64,000 bases of DNA from assembly GCA_009787385.1 (NCBI GenBank), contig WRGC01000006.1:2657-66656 (forward strand), given 5' to 3'. The position numbers were made by a program, and so were the translations under genes. This DNA comes from Bacillota bacterium (GTDB lineage Bacteria; Bacillota; Clostridia; Christensenellales; Pumilibacteraceae). This document shows, in pieces, positions 45,510 through 56,604 of the stretch. Each line of letters starts with the position of its first letter. The stretch's first letter is position 1. The notes under the pieces are model-generated. The model was not told the DNA's origin. It made no database searches and saw nothing but the letters and a program-made list of their open reading frames with translations.

Positions 45510-46601
45510 CTAACCTATATTGTAGTCAACCAAATCAAACTGTAGTACCTCAATAGTCTCAGTATCCAAATATCTCATTGTTTCAAATTGTATCAACAAT
45601 TTGTTGATTGAATTGTCATCATTTTCTTGTTCACCTTGATAAAGCCTTAGATTGTCAGGATTTGAATTGTCCAAAAATATAGTGTCTTTAGAGTATTTCA
45701 ACATTGTAGACAGTCCTGACAGAGTATTGTTGATAGCTAAAGAAGTATTGATAGTATCTATATATTGTTCTTTTGAACCGTTATGACTTTCGTCAGAATC
45801 TTCTTCTTTTAAACCATCTATTGTCAAACCATCATGTGCTATATGCGTGCGAGCAACCTTAGAATCTGTTGCAACTCTCATATTATAATTTTTAAATTCA
45901 TTGTTGTTGAAAAAATCTCTAGGTACAGCAAGATTGATTGTTGTATTTATACCCAACTTCAAGTTTGCAAGAGACCTTATTGCAAAGTATATAGTTTCGT
46001 TGTCCTTCATGCCTTTGATATAGTTGGAAAAATTGATAGTTTTGGATTCGCTCAATGAAGACTCTGTGTCATAATCTATTTCAGTCATGGTAGAACTACC
46101 GTTTTCATAATCTGTCTTTATCTCATGACTGTAGTCTGTAGTCACATTGTCTATAGTTCTAGGTTGCATTTTGACTGTACGAGTACTTGAGTATGGATAC
46201 ATTGTACTAGAACTAAAAATAGTTGTAGAATTTATTTTATCTATTTTTCCTCTATCTTGTACTGGGGTTTTAGTGTCATCTAGATTGACAAGTTCAAAGT
46301 CAAAGTTTAGTTGAGATTTTTTGTTGGCTGGTTTTTCAGATTCTGGTGAGATATTTTGAATTGTGTAAGTTGCAGTCCCTTCACCTATTTTTTTGATTAT
46401 ATCGGTCTTGACATATCTAAGCTCTTTTGTTATACTGTAGGTAGTTTGTTCTATTTTGTTATTGCTAATATTCCAGGCACCTTGCCAAGGTGATATAGTA
46501 TCTAGAGTATTAGAAACTTCACCATTGTTGGTATTGGCACAAGCAACCAAGAGCAACAAGCTAGCAACCAAGAGAGCTATACCACTTAATTTTTTTCTCA
46601 T
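45510..46601 (-). CDS. Hypothetical lipoprotein
   Basis: MRKKLSGIALLVASLLLLVAC-ANTNN (lipobox LVAC). S/T/N/D-rich mature part with no recognised domain. The start is trimmed from the track ORF (46667). Confidence 0.65.
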   Translation of the reverse strand: MRKKLSGIALLVASLLLLVACANTNNGEVSNTLDTISPWQGAWNISNNKIEQTTYSITKELRYVKTDIIKKIGEGTATYTIQNISPESEKPANKKSQLNFDFELVNLDDTKTPVQDRGKIDKINSTTIFSSSTMYPYSSTRTVKMQPRTIDNVTTDYSHEIKTDYENGSSTMTEIDYDTESSLSESKTINFSNYIKGMKDNETIYFAIRSLANLKLGINTTINLAVPRDFFNNNEFKNYNMRVATDSKVARTHIAHDGLTIDGLKEEDSDESHNGSKEQYIDTINTSLAINNTLSGLSTMLKYSKDTIFLDNSNPDNLRLYQGEQENDDNSINKLLIQFETMRYLDTETIEVLQFDLVDYNIG

Positions 46602-46744
46602 AGTACAATTATAGTGTTTTTGTGTGAAAAAGTCAACAAATTTGTAGTTGTGGACAAGTGTCATCAAATAATGTAGATACAGATAATATAATAATTGTAT
46701 TTATTAATTTCATGTTCAAATTTAATATAAGCTTAATTGTAATA

Positions 46745-46927
46745 TAGTGTACAACGAGATGGTATTAACAACAAGAAACAAACTATCAAGAAAACTAGAG
46801 TTATTTTTTTGACGACAAAAAAGAACCAAAAAAGCTATTGGGGAATCTCTCCCCCCCCCACCGAACGCTTTAAGGTTGATTTTATTTAGGTTACTTTTTC
46901 ATATTAGTGTACTCTATTTGTACACTT
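46745..46927 (+). repeat. Intergenic TIR/hairpin element, copy 13 (C9 tract)
   Basis: TAGTGTACAACGAGATGG...GTTATTTTTTTGACGACAAAAAAGAACCAAAAAAGCTATTGGGGAATCTCTCCCCCCCCCACCGAACGCTTTAAGGTTG...AGTGTACTCTATTTGTACACTT. Confidence 0.9.
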
Positions 46928-47192
46928 CAAAAAGAAAAGGAATTAGAATAAAGTAAATAGAAAATATAATAAAGCTTAGTTATTAAGTTCATTTTTAAAT
47001 CTACTAGGTTTATTATACAATTGGATTAGTTTTAGATTTTAAAAATAGATTGGGAACAATGCAATTTATTTTCAGTAAAAATGTAAATAAATTGTAAATA
47101 ATCAATATATTGACAAATTGTAAACAATTGAAATTGAATGACAAAATTATAAAAAAATGTTAATATATAGTTATAGTGGAGTAATGTAATAT

Positions 47193-49082
<1,890 letters not shown>

Positions 49083-49104
49083 ACAATAACAAGTGATATC
49101 TAAT

Positions 49105-49144
49105 AAACTCATAGGGTAATTTGATTTGCTCTGTGAGTTTTTTG
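49105..49144 (+). terminator. Putative intrinsic terminator after the 47193 gene
   Basis: AAACTCATAG-14 nt loop-CTGTGAGTTT (one G.U pair) followed by TTTT. Confidence 0.45.
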
Positions 49145-49218
49145 ACAAAACTATATATCATATGCTATGATATATAGAGTATATTAATCTCAAATAGAGT
49201 TGTATAATGAGTATAGCG

Positions 49219-49399
49219 AAGTGTACAAATATGGTATATTAAGATGTAAAGAAGTAATACCTGAATAAAAAACAACCTTAAAGCGTTCGGGGGGATTCCC
49301 AAAAAGCTTTTTTGGTTCTTTTTTGGCGTCAAAAAAGAATAGCTCTTGTTTTGTTGAAAGTTTGTATTTTATTGTTAACAACCTCTTGTTGTACACTTT
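49219..49399 (-). repeat. Intergenic TIR/hairpin element, copy 14
   Basis: AAGTGTACAAATATGGTATATTAAGATG...CCTTAAAGCGTTCGGGGGGATTCCCAAAAAGCTTTTTTGGTTCTTTTTTGGCGTCAAAAAAGAATAG...CTTGTTGTACACTTT. Confidence 0.9.
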
Positions 49400-49461
49400 C
49401 TTTATTATGTCAAAATACTTATACATAAATTGCTAAACTGTGATTGGTAATTAATTTACAT

Positions 49462-52422
49462 ATGACAACAATATATACACATGACAATTACAATTCTGCA
49501 TTTGAACATATTGTAAAAATTGTACGCAATAGGACAATTGACCTTGCTGTCAATCATCTTATTATTGTTCCTGACAAGTACACTTTAGATATGGAACGCA
49601 GGATATATGACGGTACAAGTGGAAGTATGGATTGTGAAGTTGTGACACTTTCACGCATGGCAGTACAGTCAAGCAACAAGGTATTGTCCAAGACAGCTAG
49701 TATCATGATTGTAAAAAAGATAGTGTTGGGGCGTTTGCGTGATAAAGGTTTTGTAGCATTTGGCAATAGTGTAAATTTTGCTGGATTTGCATCAAAAATT
49801 TTTGATACTATAATGCAGTTCAAGCGATGCCTATTGCAACCAGATGATATTAGACAATTGGGCGATATCAAGTTGGGTGATATTGCGGACATATATAAAG
49901 ATTATTTGGAATATTGTACGCTTTATGGTTTTATGGACGGTGGGGACAAACTCAATTTTTTGCGTGGACAAATCTTGCAAGACAAATTTGCAAATTGTAT
50001 AGCTTATATAGTCAACTATGATGAGTTTGACAAGGCAACACAGCAGTTGATACAATCACTTTCAAACCACACACAACAGTTGCATATATCTACATTGGCT
50101 AGCGTAGATACTAGCTTTGTTGTAGGAGAAACTCAATATATACCGAGTACATCTCAATACAATGGCAAGCTACCTTGCTATATTGCGACAGATGAAATTG
50201 ACGAGATAGACCACATAGCCAAAAATATCGTTTATCATGCTAAACAAGGAATAAGGTTTGGAGACATGGGTATAGTATATGGTGGCAATACTAGTTTGTT
50301 AATGCAAATTTTGGAAAGATACGATATACCATACAATATAGAATTTACTAGAGGTGTAGATACATTTGCTATATCTATATGTCTAAAGAATCTAATCAGT
50401 CTTTATTCCCATCAATACAACAAGACTACTATGTTGTCACTTGCTCACAATTGGTTTGTCCCGCTTAGTAGTTTTGAAAGGGTTAAGTTTGTAGAATATG
50501 CTTATAAGTATGCTGTTGACTACAATGGTTTTTTGTCAGTGTGGAATGATGAAAATGCAGAATTGGCAAGATGCAAAATGGTCAAATTTGTTCAAGACTT
50601 TTTTCAAATTTTGGGTGCAGATAATAGTGCAGAGCTTGTCACAGGGCTTAAATCATGGGTTGTAGCTCAAGAACAACTTAGTATACAATTATCCAAGGTT
50701 GCAAAACAAGACACTGTGAGAGTATTGAATAGCTTGTTGACAGTGCTAAACGAATGTGAAGAATTGTTTTGTATGGAAGAGTCGCCCAAGACTTGTATCA
50801 AGATATTGTTAGAAGCTTTGACTGCTTCAATAGGCATGTTGCCACATATAGATGACGGAGTGATGTGTGGTAGTCCCGAAGTATTTAGGGGTGCTTGCAA
50901 ACAAGTTGTATTTGTATCTACATTGAATGATGGTATTTTGCCGCAAGTAGCGTCTGATAGTGGTTTAATATCCAATGCTCAAATACAAAATTTGCAGAAT
51001 ATAGGGGTGCAACTTCATCCAACTTTAAATGCACTCAACAGACGAGCTAGGATTGAGTTGGAAAATATTTTGTATAGCAATGCCAAAATATATTTGAGTT
51101 GTATAGACAACAATCAATATAGACCTGCATATTTTTTGAGACAGTTAGAAAAGACTGGCAAATTAGAGTATTCTACCTACAAACAGAAAATGCAAAAACT
51201 GAATGATAGTTTGGATTGGGATACAATGCAAATAGAGTTGTCTAGTCCATTTGCAGCCAAACAAGCTTTGTTGAGACAAGACTTGACCAATAACAATCTT
51301 GCCAATGCGTGTTATTATGCATTGGGAGGTTCGCAAACTTTGAATAGGTTTTTGGATAACACACCAACAAGCTATATTCCTGATTCTATCAAGTTGATGT
51401 TGGGTAATTCTAAAGTGTCTGCCAGTCGTATAGAACAGTTCATGACATGCCCTTACAAACATTTTTTGAACTATGGATTGCGGTTGAAGGAAATAGAAAA
51501 AGGTGGAACTCGTCCAGCAGACATAGGTAGTTTTTTGCATTTTGTATTAGAATTGTTTGTAAAGGCGGATTGCAATCTAGACAAACTAGATGATATATTG
51601 AAAAAAAGCTTGATAGAACATGACAAATTGTTGTTGCCAACCAACTTGTTAATTAAGGAACGCTCTATACTAGAAGCAAGACAACTATGCAAGATTGTTG
51701 CCGAACAACTAATGTCATCTAGCTTTGTGCCTTTGGGGACAGAAATAGAGTTTGGTGACGGGTTGCAATATAGTGGATTGGATTATAGTGGTATTGTTTT
51801 GCAAGGCAAGATTGATAGAGTAGATAAGTATAGTGACTATGTACGATTGATTGACTACAAATCAGGTAAGGCGGATTTTAGTCATAAGGAATTATATTTG
51901 GGTAAAAAAATACAATTATTGTTGTATCTGTATGTATTTTTGCAAAATGGCTTTAGACCTGCGGGGAGTTTTTATTTTCCTGCCAAAACTAGATGGGATG
52001 ATGACGAGTATAGTTATCAGCTCAAAGGTGTTTATATTACCGAACCCAACATTGTGTATGCACTTGACAACAATCTTAGAGAATGTAGTCAAGAACATAC
52101 TAGCAAAAAACCAAACAAAAGTTCTATAATAAACTGTAATGTATATTGGGACGAAAAACAGCAAATTCCCAAAATAAAGACACAAATATATAAAGCTGTA
52201 CAAGAAGAAACTTTGGTATCAATGTGCAATTATGCCAACTATTTGGTAGAAAGAGCTATAAATTATATCAAAGATGGATTTATAAAAAAAAGCCCACTAA
52301 TTGCAAGTGGCAATTCTCCATGCAATTACTGTCAATTCAAATCAATATGTCTTGCACATGATGAAATAAACAATAGAGAATGCAATATGTCAGTATTAAA
52401 AGCAGAGGAATATTGTTGTTGA
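49462..52422 (+). CDS. addB: Helicase-nuclease subunit B (AddB/RexB type) with a C-terminal Fe-S/nuclease domain
   Basis: C-terminal region: FMTCPYKHFL, GKIDRVD....VRLIDYKSG (RecB-type nuclease motif) and CNYCQFKSIC (Cys cluster). No GxxGxGK[ST] Walker A is seen in the N-terminus. The start is ATG 49462 (the track ORF begins at 49444). Confidence 0.75.
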   Translation: MTTIYTHDNYNSAFEHIVKIVRNRTIDLAVNHLIIVPDKYTLDMERRIYDGTSGSMDCEVVTLSRMAVQSSNKVLSKTASIMIVKKIVLGRLRDKGFVAFGNSVNFAGFASKIFDTIMQFKRCLLQPDDIRQLGDIKLGDIADIYKDYLEYCTLYGFMDGGDKLNFLRGQILQDKFANCIAYIVNYDEFDKATQQLIQSLSNHTQQLHISTLASVDTSFVVGETQYIPSTSQYNGKLPCYIATDEIDEIDHIAKNIVYHAKQGIRFGDMGIVYGGNTSLLMQILERYDIPYNIEFTRGVDTFAISICLKNLISLYSHQYNKTTMLSLAHNWFVPLSSFERVKFVEYAYKYAVDYNGFLSVWNDENAELARCKMVKFVQDFFQILGADNSAELVTGLKSWVVAQEQLSIQLSKVAKQDTVRVLNSLLTVLNECEELFCMEESPKTCIKILLEALTASIGMLPHIDDGVMCGSPEVFRGACKQVVFVSTLNDGILPQVASDSGLISNAQIQNLQNIGVQLHPTLNALNRRARIELENILYSNAKIYLSCIDNNQYRPAYFLRQLEKTGKLEYSTYKQKMQKLNDSLDWDTMQIELSSPFAAKQALLRQDLTNNNLANACYYALGGSQTLNRFLDNTPTSYIPDSIKLMLGNSKVSASRIEQFMTCPYKHFLNYGLRLKEIEKGGTRPADIGSFLHFVLELFVKADCNLDKLDDILKKSLIEHDKLLLPTNLLIKERSILEARQLCKIVAEQLMSSSFVPLGTEIEFGDGLQYSGLDYSGIVLQGKIDRVDKYSDYVRLIDYKSGKADFSHKELYLGKKIQLLLYLYVFLQNGFRPAGSFYFPAKTRWDDDEYSYQLKGVYITEPNIVYALDNNLRECSQEHTSKKPNKSSIINCNVYWDEKQQIPKIKTQIYKAVQEETLVSMCNYANYLVERAINYIKDGFIKKSPLIASGNSPCNYCQFKSICLAHDEINNRECNMSVLKAEEYCC

Positions 52423-52588
52423 CAGTTTAAATTGCAAATGGATACAAAAACTTTAATAGATTTAGAAATAGAATATTCCATTGTTGATAATTTCCACGAG
52501 TGTAACAACTATGCTATTACACTTTCTAAATTACATTACCTTTAGTATAGGACAATGTCCTATACCCAACATTTGAAAAAGAGACAAA

Positions 52589-52638
52589 CTAATCAAAACA
52601 ACCAAACTTGTATTAAAGAGTTTGGTTGTTTTGATTAG
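52589..52638. terminator. Bidirectional terminator between convergent addB and the hydrogenase-like gene
   Basis: CTAATCAAAACAACCAAACT-tgtattaaag-AGTTTGGTTGTTTTGATTAG, a perfect 20-bp stem. T-rich sequence lies downstream on both strands. Confidence 0.7.
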
Positions 52639-52676
52639 TGGTTGTTTTATTGAAATTTTAAGATATTAAAATTTGT

Positions 52677-53831
52677 TTATTTTTTAGGATAATTTCCATA
52701 CTTAGTATGCAATACTTTGTGTGCTTCATGACTCAATGGTTCTTTGTATTTTTTGTCATAAACTTCTTTTATGCTTGGATTTTCATGGCAATGTCTAATA
52801 GTCATATTGTCATCTTTGTTTTGTAGAGCAGCTATGCGAGCTTTTCTACCATCGTCATCAGTAGGGGGTTGCCCTGGTCCTGAAATGCACCCACCTTTGC
52901 ATGTCATGATTTCTACAAAGTGATATGGACAGTTGCCCGATAGAGTTTGTTCTACTATTGCTTTTGCATTTGCAAGTCCATGTACAACAGCTACCCTTAC
53001 TTCTGTGCCACCTAAGTCTATTGTAGCTTCTCTAATACCATCAAAACCTCTTACTGGAGTAGCCTTGACAAAATCAGGATCTGGATTTTTGCCGTTTACA
53101 ATATAGTATGCTGTGCGGATTGCCGCCTCCATTACACCACCTGTTTTACCAAATATAGCACCTGCACCCGAACCCATAAAATCGTCAAAGTTGCTATCTT
53201 GCATATCATCAAAAGAAATTTTTTCTTCTTTTAGCCAATTGCCTAATTCTACTGTAGTTATGCAATAATCCATGTCACGCATTTCTGGATTGCCATATTC
53301 TATTCCAGCTGCATTCATTTCTTCACGATTTATCTCAAATTTTTTGATTGTACAAGGTGTTAGCACTACATTGACTATATTGTTTGGGTCAATATTATTT
53401 TCTTTGGCAAAATAAGTTTTTATAGTAGGACCGTGCATTCCTATAGGACTTTTGGCTGTAGATAAATGTGGAATAATTTCAGGAAAGCTTTTTTCTACAA
53501 AGTTAACCCAACCAGGGCAACATGAAGTAAACTGAGGTAGTTTGCCTGTACCATTTTTGATACGATCAACTAGTTCGGCAGATTCTTCCATAATCGTCAT
53601 ATCTGCGCCAAAGTTGATATCAAAAACATAGTCAGCTCCTAATTTTCGCAAAGCTGCTACCATTTTTCCCTCTACAAAATGCCCCGCAGGTTTGCCAAAC
53701 ATTTCACCCAAAGCCACTCTTACAGCTGGGGCAGTAGACATAATGACAATCTTGTTTGGATCTGCTACAGCTTTTTTGATATCTTCTATTGGATTATATT
53801 TCATGATTTCTATCATTGACATATTTTTCAT
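52677..53831 (-). CDS. [FeFe]-hydrogenase catalytic (H-cluster) domain protein without N-terminal ferredoxin-like domains
   Basis: H-cluster signatures FTSCCPGWV (P1), LTPCTIKKFE (P2) and VEIMTCKGGCISGPGQP (P3). The ORF begins at the equivalent of the H-domain start (ADPNKIVIMSTAPAVRVALGEMFG). Confidence 0.8.
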   Translation of the reverse strand: MKNMSMIEIMKYNPIEDIKKAVADPNKIVIMSTAPAVRVALGEMFGKPAGHFVEGKMVAALRKLGADYVFDINFGADMTIMEESAELVDRIKNGTGKLPQFTSCCPGWVNFVEKSFPEIIPHLSTAKSPIGMHGPTIKTYFAKENNIDPNNIVNVVLTPCTIKKFEINREEMNAAGIEYGNPEMRDMDYCITTVELGNWLKEEKISFDDMQDSNFDDFMGSGAGAIFGKTGGVMEAAIRTAYYIVNGKNPDPDFVKATPVRGFDGIREATIDLGGTEVRVAVVHGLANAKAIVEQTLSGNCPYHFVEIMTCKGGCISGPGQPPTDDDGRKARIAALQNKDDNMTIRHCHENPSIKEVYDKKYKEPLSHEAHKVLHTKYGNYPKK

Positions 53832-53860
53832 AATAAAATTCCTTATATATTTTTCTTGTA

Positions 53861-54424
53861 TTAAATGTTTATCACTTTTGCATTTAGTAGTTTGACATCA
53901 TTTGGGTCATGACTTACAAAAATACAAATTTTGTCTATGGTTTGGTTTTTGATTGTTTCTATAGTTTGCAATTTGGTTGTCATGTCTAGTCCATCAAAAG
54001 GTTCATCTAATATTAGTATTTCAGGTTTTGCAAACAATGCTCTTGCTATTGCTATCCTGCGTTTCATTCCACCACTAAGTGTATTCACTTTGTATTTGGT
54101 TATGTTGTCCAATCCAAGTTGTGTCAAGAGTGATTTTGCAAACTTTATTTCACTATTTTTGCCAACTAGCAACATGTTTTTTATTACTGTCATGCTCTCT
54201 ACAAGTCTATCTTCTTGAAATACACAACCAATTGTTGCATTGTTGGGCAATACAATTGTCCCACTATCAGGTTTTTGTAGTCCTACAATAAGTGATAAGA
54301 TAGTTGTCTTACCTTTTCCTGACTGCCCCATAATGCATGTATTGCCTTTTTCAAAGCTTATGCTCAAATCTGTTAGAACTTGATTGTCTCCATATGATTT
54401 ACAAATTTTGTCTAATAATATCAT
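53861..54424 (-). CDS. ABC transporter ATP-binding protein (compact, 187 aa)
   Basis: GQSGKGKTT (Walker A), FQE (Q-loop), LSGGMKRRIAIARAL, ILILDEPFDGLD, VSHD. Confidence 0.85.
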   Translation of the reverse strand: MILLDKICKSYGDNQVLTDLSISFEKGNTCIMGQSGKGKTTILSLIVGLQKPDSGTIVLPNNATIGCVFQEDRLVESMTVIKNMLLVGKNSEIKFAKSLLTQLGLDNITKYKVNTLSGGMKRRIAIARALFAKPEILILDEPFDGLDMTTKLQTIETIKNQTIDKICIFVSHDPNDVKLLNAKVINI

Positions 54425-55186
54425 CTAATTCTCAATTTGTTTTTTAAAAGCATTTATACTAAACAATACAACATATTCAAATGACACGCTCAACAATACT
54501 ATTATTACAGTCCATGCAAAAACATTGTCCATCATCAAATATAGTTTGGAAATTTGCAGTTGGTTTCCTATACTATCTTTTACTACACCTATAAGTTCGG
54601 CAGCTATACCTGACTTGAATGCAAGACCAATGCTAATTTTGCATGAAGTAGAAAAATATGGCAGAATATGATGCACTTGTATATAGAGTAGTTTTTTGGG
54701 TCTACTTATATTGAATACTGTTGCCATTTCTATTATATTTTTGTCTATACTATTTAGCCCCAACAATATATTTGCATACACTATTGGAAAAACCATAATA
54801 ACTACAATGATTGTAGATAGGTTGGATTTGTTGGAAAGTGCTATAAGTAATAGTATAATAAAACTAGCTACAGGTATAGCTCTAAGTGCCGAAATTATTG
54901 GGGCAACAAATTGTTTTATAATATCAATTTTGTAAGCTAGTATCGCAATTATTGTTGATACAATACAAGCTATAAAAAATCCCAAAACAATTTTATAAAA
55001 TGAATTGAATATAGACAACCAAAATTCTTGAGTCTTAGATAAATTTAATAGAGAATGCAAAACACTTAGTGGACTAGGCAATACCAAGTTGTTGGATATA
55101 GTTAGTGCAATCACTTGCCACAGTAGTAGCCAAAATAGTATTATAGTTGTTTTAGAAAGTATTTTTAGAAAATGATTTTTTTTCAT
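54425..55186 (-). CDS. ABC transporter permease (NitT/TauT-like, BPD_transp_1 type)
   Basis: 253 aa with about 6 TM helices. Abuts the ATPase gene (stop/start adjacent). Confidence 0.75.
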   Translation of the reverse strand: MKKNHFLKILSKTTIILFWLLLWQVIALTISNNLVLPSPLSVLHSLLNLSKTQEFWLSIFNSFYKIVLGFFIACIVSTIIAILAYKIDIIKQFVAPIISALRAIPVASFIILLLIALSNKSNLSTIIVVIMVFPIVYANILLGLNSIDKNIIEMATVFNISRPKKLLYIQVHHILPYFSTSCKISIGLAFKSGIAAELIGVVKDSIGNQLQISKLYLMMDNVFAWTVIIVLLSVSFEYVVLFSINAFKKQIEN

Positions 55187-55189
55187 ATA

Positions 55190-56185
55190 TTATATAAAAT
55201 AAAAATCGTTGTCAGGCAACTTGCCACCTATGATAGGAGCTTTAAAGTCCAATAATATTTTATAAAATTGTTCTAATTGCTCTTTCATATTTTGCTTTTC
55301 TACAAAGACAACTCCACTATTTGGTAGGGCTTGCTTGGCAATTGGCAATGATGGTATTATTTTCATATCAACTATATATTGAGCTGCTTTGTCTATATTG
55401 ATTGGATCTATCATCCATTCTACAGACTGCTTGTATTCTGTCAAAAATTTATCAAACATTTCTCTATGGTTGTTGACAAAATCTGTTTTTGCTACCATTA
55501 CACCTGTTGCAATTGGTGTGTCAGGATAATACTTACTCCATGTATCAGCTATATTTTGTACAAATGTAGCTAAGGGTTGCCCATTTTCTCCCTCTTGCAT
55601 AATTGCATTTGTTGCGGCAGGTTGTGGCAAAATTGCGTAGTCAGCAGTTCCTTGTTTGAATTTTGCTATAATCTCTGTTGGATCTGGTACAAACTCTAAG
55701 TCTAACTCTATATTTTCTTTGTTTGATAGATGTTGTATTATAGCTTCAGGCGTTGCTCCCTGTCCTGTGGTAAATACTTCTTTTTCATTTAGCTCCGTAA
55801 AACTTGTTATTGGTTCAGCCCCTGTGCGTTGTACTAGTGTGAGTACATTTCCAGCATTGATAGTTATTACTTGCAAATCTACACCTTTGTTGTACAATAT
55901 TGCCGCTACATTGGATGGAACACTAGCAATATCTACACTACCATTGACTAGAGCCGCAGTTGCTTGGTCGGGCGATGTAGCAATTTCTAGATTGTAGTCA
56001 GTCAATTCGCCATTGGATATTTTGTTATTCATATAACCAAATCCAATACCCGTAGGTCCAGACAATGCTATTATATTGACTTTTCTATTGTCATTAGAAA
56101 CGCTACAAGAAGTTAAAAACACACTTGCCATTAATATTGTCAATACAAAGATGTATATATATTGTTTTGATTGTATTTTATTCAT
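55190..56185 (-). CDS. ABC transporter substrate-binding lipoprotein (NMT1/SsuA-like)
   Basis: Signal peptide plus lipobox FLTSC-SVS. 331 aa and the first gene of the operon. The substrate cannot be deduced. Confidence 0.65.
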   Translation of the reverse strand: MNKIQSKQYIYIFVLTILMASVFLTSCSVSNDNRKVNIIALSGPTGIGFGYMNNKISNGELTDYNLEIATSPDQATAALVNGSVDIASVPSNVAAILYNKGVDLQVITINAGNVLTLVQRTGAEPITSFTELNEKEVFTTGQGATPEAIIQHLSNKENIELDLEFVPDPTEIIAKFKQGTADYAILPQPAATNAIMQEGENGQPLATFVQNIADTWSKYYPDTPIATGVMVAKTDFVNNHREMFDKFLTEYKQSVEWMIDPINIDKAAQYIVDMKIIPSLPIAKQALPNSGVVFVEKQNMKEQLEQFYKILLDFKAPIIGGKLPDNDFYFI

Positions 56186-56249
56186 GTGTATATATTATAT
56201 CACATTTTGTGTATTTTGTCTAATATAAAAGTTTTACATATAATTTGAT

Positions 56250-56437
56250 GAGTGTACAAATAGAGTACTTTAAGATGGAAATTAAGAAACAACTAAATAA
56301 AAACAACCATAAAGCGTTCGGGGGTGGGGAGATTCCCCAAATGCTTTTTGCTTCTTTTTTTGGCGTCAAAAAAGAATAAACTTGGTTTTGTTGATTGTTT
56401 GTATATTATTGTTAATAATAGCTCGTTGTACACTCTC
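56250..56437 (-). repeat. Intergenic TIR/hairpin element, copy 15
   Basis: GAGTGTACAAATAGAGTACTTTAAGATG...CCATAAAGCGTTCGGGGGTGGGGAGATTCCCCAAATGCTTTTTGCTTCTTTTTTTGGCGTCAAAAAAGAATAA...CTCGTTGTACACTCTC. Confidence 0.9.
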
Positions 56438-56604
56438 ATAATTTGTTTGATTGTAGATAACTGCAATCATGATTAAAATTGTTTTTACAATTTTGCAACA
56501 ATATGATATAATGACTTGCACTGTCTAGTGAAAATAGTATTGCAAACAACATTATTTTCATAGTTATTAGACAATAATGTTTTATAATTTTAAGGAGAAT
56601 ACGC

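Noticed and set aside
44816-46700. A prophage or genomic island integrated at ssrA.
   Set aside because: No integrase, no duplicated 3' ssrA segment and no phage genes are present. The flanks are manA on one side and a lipoprotein gene on the other.
56186-56604. Looked for a TPP or other riboswitch upstream of the NMT1/SsuA-like ABC operon, and for an SRP RNA downstream of tadA (8506-8900).
   Set aside because: No CUGAGA...ACCUGA (TPP) or GGAAG...CAGCC (SRP domain IV) core motifs are present. The first spacer is mostly occupied by element copy 15, and the second is plain AT-rich DNA.
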